NCBI GenBank assembly: GCA_964016885.1
Contig: OZ024741.1
Span: forward strand, 181,412,001 to 181,476,000
Reading direction: 5' to 3'
DNA length: 64,000 nt
Origin: Eledone cirrhosa
Taxonomy: Eukaryota
In this document: piece by piece, positions 13,974 through 25,681 of the stretch
Numbering within the stretch: the first letter of the stretch is position 1
Layout: each line of letters starts with the position of its first letter
Notes under the pieces: model-generated
Database searches by the model: none
What the model saw: the letters and a program-made list of their open reading frames with translations, nothing else
Told to the model about the DNA's origin: nothing
Position numbers and translations under genes: made by a program

Positions 13974-14482
13974 AACGAAACGAAATTAAATTTTAAGTTT
14001 AAGCGTCAGTCATACAAAAGTGAGTTACAAACGAAACGAAATTTAATTTCGGTTCGTTATTTGTTTTTATCGTCTCCGCTGAACCGGTGCGTACTCACAC
14101 TCTATGCAAATTAGTCTGCCCACTACTAATTTTCATAGAAAAGGCATATAACGATATGTGCTTTTACAATTCTCCAGAAAGGCCGGTAGATAGGTAAATA
14201 TTGCTGATGAGTTGTAACAACAACGAAACTAGTTCAATATTCCTTGTCTGGCTTTCTGGAGAATAGGGGGAAGGTGTTCCCCCGAAAAACCAGTATGACT
14301 CTAAAAACCGGTTTGTCTGTGTGTTTACATACAGAATAGCTGGGCCGCTCACTGTAAAGCGACCAGTGAAAGACTTGGTACACCTACATATGTATACGTG
14401 TGTGTATTCATATACACACTAGTATTTCAGTATGCATATGTAGATGTACATTTTTAACTTAATTATATATATATATATATAT

Positions 14483-14737
14483 AATCAAGGTTTAGCAAAT
14501 AGAGAAAAGTTTTAAAATAAATTTTAAAAAGTTCACTGTACTTATTACTAAATGTGCCTTTACCGCGCGGTTTCAAACCCTAAAATAAATAGATAATCTA
14601 AACGGATTTCCATTGAGAAAGGGAATTTTCGTCAGAAAGTTTTTCTCTCTCGGAGAATATAAAATCCTCGAGTTCAAGTACAGTGAACTTTTTAAAATTT
14701 ATTTTAAAACTTTTTCTCTATTTGCTAAACCTTGATT
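14483..14737. mobile_element. Fold-back element (~60-bp inverted arms), Penelope pseudo-LTR-like
   Basis: 14483-14543 is inverted at 14676-14737, next to (TA)n, with a hammerhead motif in the spacer. Confidence 0.7.
14557..14639 (-). ncRNA. Type I hammerhead ribozyme (intact core)
   Basis: Minus strand: CUUU-CUGACGA-AAAUUCCC...GGGUUU-GAA-ACCGCGCGGU-A-AAGG. Stem I CUUU/AAGG, palindromic stem III, GUA cleavage triplet. Confidence 0.8.
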
Positions 14738-14844
14738 TTATATGTTCTGGCTTGTTAATTTATTAACCTGCCATAGAATCACATTGGCATACGGTTGGAC
14801 AATACTTGTATCCCTATATGTATTTTTTACACGTAGGAACACAT

Positions 14845-16684
<1,840 letters not shown>

Positions 16685-16720
16685 TAATTAGAATTGGAGC
16701 TCTGAAATAGCAATATATAT

Positions 16721-17125
16721 ATGGATGTATATATAATGTATTTTTCAATACACTTTATGCTTAATTAAAAGCATTTTGAAGACCGTAAGCTATTGTTTTA
16801 AAGTAGTGACAAATTCACTCACTTTGATCTCAGCAAACAGGGGGAGATAAGCCGACAAGACTTGTTTCGCTTTGGTTGCATAATCAGCTCCTGATTATTT
16901 ACTAGATTTCTATAAGAATATAACATCAATGATCTCAGTAGACAGGTGGGGGTAGTTGGCCTTGATAAGCTTCAACCAAAGCGAAACAAGTCTTGTCGGC
17001 TTATCTCCCCTGTTTGCTGAGATCAAAGTGAGTGAATTTGTCACTACTTTAAAACAATAGCTTACGGTCTTCAAAATGCTTTTAATTAAGCATAAAGTGT
17101 ATTGCAAAATACATTATATATACAT

Positions 17126-17129
<4 letters not shown>
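16721..17129. mobile_element. Fold-back element (~158-bp arms) with degenerate hammerhead
   Basis: 16721-16878 is inverted at 16973-17129, between (TA)n tracts. Confidence 0.75.
16958..17001 (+). ncRNA. Minimal type I hammerhead-like motif with variant core
   Basis: GGCC-UUGAUAA-GCUU-caacca-AAGC-GAAAC-AAGUCUU-GUC-GGCU. All three stems pair; the core differs from CUGAUGA at two positions. Confidence 0.6.
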
Positions 17130-17213
<84 letters not shown>

Positions 17214-17224
17214 TATAAATAATA

Positions 17225-17385
17225 TAATTGTTTCTACTTTAGGCACAAGGCCAGCAATTAACCAGTACATTACTGGTACTTTATTTTATCGACCCCTGTA
17301 AGGATGAAAGGCAAAGTTAACCTCGGCGGGATTTGAACTCAGATCACAAAGGGACGTAACTCTATGCTTCAAAGCATGGTGTCCG
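17225..17385 (-). mobile_element. SINE (Meta-core family)
   Basis: Reverse complement of the core and tail. Confidence 0.85.
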
Positions 17386-17451
17386 ATATATAAATAATAT
17401 AATAAAATAAAACAAGGACGTGTGGTTACTCCTTCATTACTTTTATTGGTT

Positions 17452-17530
17452 GGTGACGCGCGTTTCGCCACTGATCAGTATCGATCTGTATCGATCTAGC
17501 CCGACTCTGTAATCCACGGCTCGTCAGGCC
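17452..17530 (-). ncRNA. Type I hammerhead ribozyme
   Basis: Minus strand: GGC-CUGACGA-GCC...GGC-GAA-ACGCGCGU-C-ACC. Palindromic stem III, GUC triplet, one stem I mismatch. Confidence 0.75.
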
Positions 17531-17802
17531 CCTTTTAATGGTAATGAAAAAATGATGCGCATTCACCCATCTACACGTCAAACTATCTAGCGACAATCAC
17601 TACGCCGTACACCGCCACCCACCTCAATCTACACCCCGCACCACCAACTAATCACCCCCCCCTCCACCACCCCACATACACTACAGGCAAAAACACCCCT
17701 CTGGATTAAACCACCAATCAAAACAAATCTCACTGACCAGCATAGGAACATCAGACTATCTCATAAGCCATGTATAATCATTTTTTCATTACCATTAAAA
17801 GG

Positions 17803-17887
17803 GGTCTGACGAGCCGTCGATTACAGTATCGGACTACATCGATACAGATCGAACCTTGAGCTGATCAGTGGCGAAATGAGCGTCACC
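17803..17887 (+). ncRNA. Type I hammerhead ribozyme (stem III mutated)
   Basis: GGU-CUGACGA-GCC...GGC-GAAA-UGAGC-GUC-ACC. Confidence 0.65.
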
Positions 17888-18119
17888 AACCAATAAACGT
17901 AATGAAGGAGTAACCACTTGCCCTTGTTTTATTTTATTATAATACACTCTCTCTAGCTCCACACCTCGACACAGAAGTGAAGGTAAACATCGAGTGCTCA
18001 CCCTGGTGAACCTACAGTAACTCCACGTTACACTCCCTGGTGAACCTACAGTAACTCCACGTTACACTCCCTGGATACACAGACACACAGACACACACAC
18101 ACACACACACACATATATA

Positions 18120-18658
18120 TTGGGTTGGTGCATAATTATTGCGGCTTTTTTTCAACAAATTTTATTTAACAAAAACAATAACAATAGTTAACAAAAACAT
18201 CTTTAAATGACGGTCGGGTTTTTCTCTTTTCAGAATGCGTATCGAAAATCATATCCACATCCGTCATATTATGCTCTACCACTTCGAGAAAGGTTGGAAT
18301 GCAGCCACAGTCATTTCGTGATCTCAATGAACTTTTTGGTGAAGGAACAATCAGCAAAAGCCAAGTTGAAAGATGGTTCAGGAAGTTCAAATCGGGCGAT
18401 ACAAACCTCGCAGATGAAGAAGGAAGAGGTCGACCATCAAATTTCAACGACCAGCCGTGGAAGAGGACGAAAGCTGGACAACGAGAATGTTGGCCGAAGA
18501 CTTCAATGTGGACCATTCGACCATCGTTCGTCGTCTCAAAAAGCTCGGAAAAGTATGTAAATTGGCTGGGTGGGTCCCCCACGAACTCTCCGATAACACG
18601 AAAGCCGAACATGTCCTAACTTTTACCGATTTTTATCAATAATTATGTACCAACCCAA
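18120..18658 (+). mobile_element. Internally deleted mariner transposon
   Basis: TIRs TTGGGTTGGTGCATAATTATTG / CAATAATTATGTACCAACCCAA with TA on both sides. Frameshifted transposase N-terminus (WFRKFKSGD...GRP, WVPHEL); no catalytic domain. Confidence 0.92.
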
Positions 18659-20320
18659 TATATACACATAGGGATAGTTGAATTGTTAGGAAGTTCGATT
18701 TGCAATTATGAGTTCTGCGGTTCAATTCTGCTACTAAAAAATTAGTTAGTGCTTTTACTATATCCTCGGATCAAGGGACGAATGATGTGTAGAAGCCCGA
18801 CGGACTGACTGTACCGGTAATTCAAATTTCCAGCCTTATTACATATCCTGCCACTTTGCGAATTACTTTAAGGGTAAATGTGTCTGGGGATTACTCAAAC
18901 CTTTATACGTTAATTCACGAATCAGACTAAATGTTCATCGCCGAAATCGACGGATGAACCATCATGTGTCAGAAGAAGGTGTTTGCGAGATTACATTGAC
19001 CCTCTGGACATTAGTATGTGTCTGTTCTATGATTAGTATGTGTCTGTTCTATGATTCAGAAGAAAAAAATTGAAAAATCAAATCAAAATAATTCCAATCA
19101 TTTCTTATCAATATCGATAACTTATGTTTTTTTTTATCGTAATTAGAAACCAATGCGTCAAAAGAGAGAAGATAATTAACATTTTGAAAGAAGAAAAATA
19201 AATCTGTCAAATGTTAGTCGCAAGAGGAATAATGTAAAGATGATTTTAGTTCAATGAACTCTGGAGTATACCAGTATTCATAAGGGATTGCTTCGACATC
19301 ATACCGAATTATGTTCTTATAGGTGATTATTAATATTGAAAAGGCGAATCGTTAGAGTCGGTAGAGCATAAGATTAAATGCTTTTTTATTTGTTCCGCCG
19401 CTCTGCGCTCTGAGGTAAAATCACAATAACGCCACCTTTCATTAATTTGGGAGTCGATAATTACAGTATGGGTTCAAAGGAGGATATGTCAAAATGTCGG
19501 GCGGGCTGTGTTCAAATTCTGCCTCCTGTCACCGGGAAAGCGGTGAAGCTTCTACCAGGAGTTGTTATCAACAGAAATAGCATCAGCCATAGAACACTAA
19601 TGGAAACATAATATCCTTTGTCTGATCTGGTGATCAGTTACTTTCTTTTTTAATGCTGAATTTATATAAGATGTGTCTGAGAAAAGTCGACTGTACGGTA
19701 AAGTGTTATTAAATGAAAATTATAAAAAAGGTTTTCTGCTTCCCATTTAGGAAATTAGTTACAAAAGTGAAGAGAATAATCGTTTTGAAATATTCTACGT
19801 TTGGCCACATGAAATAGCTTCATGTCTTGGCTCGTTAATGAGGCGATAAATATTTAAATTGGAATTTATAGTATATCGTAAGGAAAAACAATTTCACATT
19901 GTTAGATGATGTCTTTTTTTTTAGAGAGAAAAAAAAATGACTGCATCGACAGAGCAAGTTGTTAGTTTATGGCAAGGTTGCTATAGTATCACGAGCTAGA
20001 GTTCTTGTTTCAGTCAACTTTTAGGCCAATAACCTGATCTGAACCTGTATTCTCTATTTCATATCTACATGATATTTGCAGTAGATGAGATATCACACTG
20101 CGTGAAATGAAACTTGGGTTACATTAACATTGTAAGTTTGCTGTACATGATAAAGAATAGAATGTTTCAAGGTAATATATAAAACCAATAGTAGTCACTA
20201 TTGATATATATACTGAATATCATATTGAATCATTAAACAGTAGATGAGTCCTTCATTCAATACGTGTTTAACACAAACCCATTAAACAAGCATATGTATG
20301 TATGCATGAACGTATGTATG

Positions 20321-20948
20321 TTTTTCTGGTTTTATAATTTCACAAAGTTTTACTAATAGAGAGAGTCGGTTTCTAACATAGACACAAGACTCTCCCATTG
20401 GAATTTACTCAACATCAACTAGGTAGATATGTATGTATGTCTGCATGCATGCATGCATGTGTAGATATGGATGTTATTGTATGTGTGGATGTGTATGTTT
20501 TGAGTTGTATGTGTGCATGTGTATATGCAGTTATTAGATGCAACATTTTTGGAATGTTTTACATATTTTTACTGTTCCATTAATGGATTGTACTTGTAAT
20601 TTCCTAACTAGTTGTGTTCTTTCTGTTCCTGTGAAGCGTAGCTTCTCAAGATTTGTATTGAGGCAGTTACTAACATACCCCAGTGACCCAATAATCACAG
20701 GCATAAATCTGAAGGTGTAATCAGGGTGGAGTATCTGCAGATTTCTCATCAGTTCTGCATAAATATTCTCCTTTTCACTAATCTTTGATATTATATTGGC
20801 ATCTGCTGGGCAGCTAATTTCCACTACTGTGCATGTTTTCTTCTCCCTGTCCCATATCATAATATCTGGTCTGTTATGCCTGCATTTTATTGGGGTTTTT
20901 ACTGGAACATTCCACCAGTACTCTTTCATATTATGTACATGGATGTCT
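20321..20948 (-). mobile_element. 5'-truncated R4/Dong-like element, family 2
   Basis: Endonuclease motif HNRPDIMIWD...VVEISCP...KENIY, then a 3' UTR. (TATG)n on both sides. Confidence 0.85.
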
Positions 20949-21010
20949 TGTATGTATGTATGTATGTATGTATGTATGTATGTATGTATGTATGTATGTA
21001 TGTATGTATG

Positions 21011-21190
21011 TTGAAATCTGGTCGTTTGACTGAGTGATGTATATACACACATATACATACATTCAGTCAAACGACCAGATTTCAACCCCAACATCTACAA
21101 CAACAACACCGGCACTAATGTTTACAGCAACAACAGCTTCAGAATGAACTGAAATGAACATTTACAACAACAACAACAACAGCGGCATCA

Positions 21191-21221
<31 letters not shown>

Positions 21222-21625
21222 GGAAAAAAAACACAAAAAAAAACCTCAAAATAACAAAACACACACACACACGCACACAACACAACAACAACATCAACTG
21301 CCACCACCACCACTACCGCCGCCGCCATCACCATCACCAGCGACCGGGCCTTAAGAAAACAACTTCAATAACAATTTTTCTGCTTTTGGCACGGATCCAG
21401 CGACTGGCCCAGCGCATCACTGGTACTCTCTTTTGTTGACTCCGTGGGGATGGAAGGCAAGGTTGATCTCGGCGGGATTTGGGCTCAGAGCGTGGAGGGC
21501 CGTGACTCTATGCTGTAAAGCAATTATAATAATACTGGACTGTAGTACGATCGGCTTCAACTATACAAACTCTTGAAAGTCAACAGTTGACATAATCTTG
21601 TAATCTTGTATCAGTAATGACGGTA

Positions 21626-21659
<34 letters not shown>

Positions 21660-22099
21660 AAGTGAGTAGAGTAGCGTGTGTGTGTGTTTGTTTGTATGTA
21701 TGAGTGTTGCTGTGTGCGCGCATATGTATGCGTGTGTGTGTATGTCGTACGTATAAGTGTCAATAAGTGATTTTTTTTTTTTTTTTTTTTTTTTTTGCGC
21801 GGGGACAGAAATAATCGGGCAGGATGCCCGATCGCGCAGTTAAACCACTGGGAGTGAAGAACCCCTAGCCCTTGTCAGGGCATTTTTCTAGGAGAAGGCA
21901 TCTCAGGAAACTGGGTTATCTCCGACATAAAACCTGCGGCTCAGTAGTTACCGATGATGTTGATCTTTTCTTCTTTTCGGGTTATAGCTACTGTCGCTCA
22001 GAGAGTGGGATTGGCTCAGTGCACAGTCTTTCCTCACTTTAAAAATATTCGTCACGCACAGGCATTGCACGAGTGCATTAATAATTATCAATAGTGTAC

Positions 22100-22147
<48 letters not shown>

Positions 22148-25100
22148 TATTATTACTTTTTAAGAAATTTTTTTTTTTTACCAATTCAATGATGTTCCAG
22201 AACAATATAAAAGAGATAATTGGCAGTTTAGGTTCTGGAATAAAAAAGATCATTGGCAATAAGGGCAGGGGCCCCAGGTTATCACAGCCTGGGCCCGATC
22301 GTCATCGTGCCATTGCAATAGAGCCAAACAAGGCATTTAGTCTTGGCAGCTGGAACGTACGGACGCTGCTTGACAGGGATTCCTTGGGGCGTCCTGAACG
22401 AAGGACCGCTCTTGTTGCAAAGGAGCTTCGACGTTACGATCTTGACATCGTGGCTTTATCTGAGACGAGGCTAGCTGGAGATGGTCATCTTACGGAATTT
22501 TGTGGAGAATATACATTCTTCTGGAAAGGAAGAGATGAAGGAACCAGAAGAGAGGCTGGGGTAGGATTTGCTGTTAAGACTGTGCTTGTGAACAAATTAG
22601 AAGAATTCCCAGTAGGGATTAGTGAGCGTCTTATGTCCATGAGAGTTCCGCTGGACAAGGGAAGATATGCTACCCTGGTGAGTGTGTATGCTCCAACTAT
22701 GAGTTCTGTCGATGAGGAAAAGGTGTCCTTTTACCATGCCTTGAAAGGTGTTTTAAGAAATATCCCTCAGGCAGACAAAGTCATCGTGCTTGGTGACTTT
22801 AATGCTAGAGTGGGTAGGGATTTTAACACATGGAATGTAATTGGAAGGTATGGGGTGGGAAAGTGTAACAGCAATGGTATGCTCCTGCTGCAGATGTGTG
22901 AGGAACTGGATCTGTGTGTTACCAACACCATGTTCCAACAAAAGAACAAATTCAAGACCACATGGATGCATCCTGCATCTAAGGAATGGCATGTTTTGGA
23001 CTACGTCCTAGTCAGGATGCGTGACAGACAGGATGTGCAGTGTGTTCGTGTTCTTCGTGGAGCTGAGTGCTGGACGGACCACCGCCTGGTACGCGCAAAA
23101 GTGAAACTAATCACTAAACGTAAAATCCGGGCTCCTGGTGTTGCCCTGCCCAAAAGATTGAATGCTGCTCGTCTTAAGGATAAAAATGTGAAGAGGACAT
23201 TGGAAGAAGAGATGCAGGCTGCAGATCTTGGTGAGGATTGGCCGACACTTAAAAAGTCGGTTTATGATGTTGGCAGGCGTGTTCTGGGATTGGCGCAGAG
23301 GAAACATCAGGACTGGTTTGATGAGAATGATATACATATAGAAGACTTGTTGGCTGATAAGAGGCGTGCTCTGTCACGCTACTTGACGGCAAAACCACAG
23401 GAGAGGAATACGTTGCATGAGGAACTCAGGGACGTAAAATCACGTGTTAGGCGGAGTCTTTCTCAGATGAAGGATCAGTGGTGGAGTGAGAAGGCTGGTG
23501 AGATACACACTGCGTCTGATTCCAATAACACAAAGCTGTTGTAGTCAGTTGCGTGAGGTTTATGGACCGTCTTCTTCTCTGGCGACACCGCTTCGCAGCA
23601 AGGATGGCAAAGAACTTCTTCGTGACTCACAAGGAATTCTACGAAGGTGGCGAGAGCACTTTGATGATCTTTTGAATCAGCCGTCTGTCGTCAGTGAAGA
23701 TTTCCTCAATCTCATTCCAGAAAGTCCTGTGAAAGTAGCTCTCGCAGAACCTCCGACGCTTGTGGAGGTTGCAGTGGCTATTTCGAAGCTGAACAGTGGA
23801 AGATCTCCAGGTATGGATGGCATACATGCTGAGCTCCTACAATATGGTGGTGAGAGACTCCTGCAAAATCTTCACTCTTTGTTTGGCAGGATATGGGCTA
23901 ATGAATCCGTACCTGAGGACTGGAGAGATGCAGTAATGGTGGTCTTGTACAAGGGAAAGGGTAACAGGAATGATTGTGGGAACTACAGAGGTATATCATT
24001 GCTTTCTGTCGTAGGGAAAGTTTTATGTAGGGTGCTTCTGGACCGTCTGCTGACACACATTGCAGATTGTGTTCTTCCTGAAAGTCAATCTGGTTTTCGT
24101 GCTGGACGCGGCACTACTGATATGATCTAGACAGCTCCAGGAGAAGTGCATGGAACAAGGCTTGGATCTGTATCAGGTTTTTGTCGATCTGACAAATGCT
24201 TTCGATACTGTTAACAGAGATGCATTATGGAAGGTTCTCCAGAAACTTGGTTGCCCTGATAAGTTCCTTGCTTTAGTTAGGTCTTTCCATGACGACATGA
24301 AGGCTTGGGTTAATGTCGGAGGTAACATGTCGGAGCCTATCTCAGTAAAAAATGGAGTGAAACAGGGGGATATTCCAGCACCGACCCTGTTTGCCATATA
24401 CTTTGCAATGGTTTTCTGTATTGCATTCAGGAATTGCGAGCATGGTGTTTACATCCGATATCGAACCTCAGGCAGTATATTTAACATCAGATGCTTTGCT
24501 GCGAAGACAAAAGTATTTACATCAATCATAAGAGACCTCTTGTATGTATGCAGATGATTGCGATCATGTAGCGCACACAGAGAGTGATATGCAGCACATT
24601 TTGAATGCATTTTCTGAGCTTGCACTGCCCTAGGTCTGACTGTCAGTCTCAAGAAAACCGTCGTCATGTACCAACCTGCCCCTGGTAAGCAGTACACTGA
24701 ACCAAACATCTATGTGTATGGCAAACGACTTGGAGTGGTTGATCAGGATGAAGGATTCTAGAATACCAAAACAACTCTTTTATGGAGAGTTGTTTAAAGG
24801 AAAACGACCGCCACATAAACCAAAAAAGAGGTATAAGGATTCCTTGAAAGCCTTTCTGAAAGACGCTAACATCTCTGCTGATACATGGGAGAATATTGCT
24901 GCTGATCGTAATAAATGGAGAAAGACTGTATATGAGGTAAAAGTTGCCTTTGAGGCACCTCGAATCGCATACGAGAAAGTAAAGCAGGATGTGAGGAAGG
25001 GCATTGCTGTCGCACTTCCAGACGGCGAGGGTCCTCCTATGGTGCTGACATACAGCGTATGTGCGAGACTCTGCCTAAGCAAAGCTGGACTCGAAAGTCA

Positions 25101-25347
25101 TCTTCGCAGTCACAAAGTAAAACCAGTGGTTGACTACCAGGCTGCTGTTGGAGATGCTACTCATCATGCTTGCCAAACATGTGGTAGAGAATGTAAATCA
25201 GCAGGAGGGCTCAAGCGACATGCAAAAGTACACGAACTCCAACCACAGCCGACTATTCCCAGTGAATGTTTTGGTTGCCGACTCTGTGCAAGACATTTTA
25301 GATCATTGGCTGGGCTAAAAAGCCACATTCGATCGCAGCGCTGTTAG
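21011..25347 (+). mobile_element. RTE-clade LINE, decayed copy 1 (long leader, APE, RT, 3 C2H2 fingers)
   Basis: GSWNVRTL, ALSETR, GDFNARVG, TDHRLV (AP endonuclease); YRGISLL, QSGFR, GVKQGD (RT). Stops and frameshifts, plus an internal deletion near 24746. The coding part is 22189-25347. Confidence 0.93.
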
Positions 25348-25514
25348 TTGCTATCGTGTGTGTGCGAGTGTGTAGATATGCTTATGTGTGTGCGTGTTTG
25401 TGTGTGTATATATATATGTATGTGTATATTATTATACGTTGTTGTCGTTATTATTATTGTTGTTATTATTATTATTATTATTATTGTTATTAATGTATCT
25501 GTGTGTGTATATGT

Positions 25515-25558
<44 letters not shown>

Positions 25559-25565
25559 ATATGTG

Positions 25566-25596
<31 letters not shown>

Positions 25597-25639
25597 CTTT
25601 TTTTAAATTTTTTTATAAAATTTTTATTTTATTTTTATT

Positions 25640-25675
<36 letters not shown>

Positions 25676-25681
25676 GTTGTT

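Larger units (their letters stand above)
17398..17941. mobile_element. Fold-back element (~160-bp arms) with a hammerhead in each arm
   Basis: 17398-17556 is inverted at 17777-17941 around a C-rich spacer. Confidence 0.75.
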
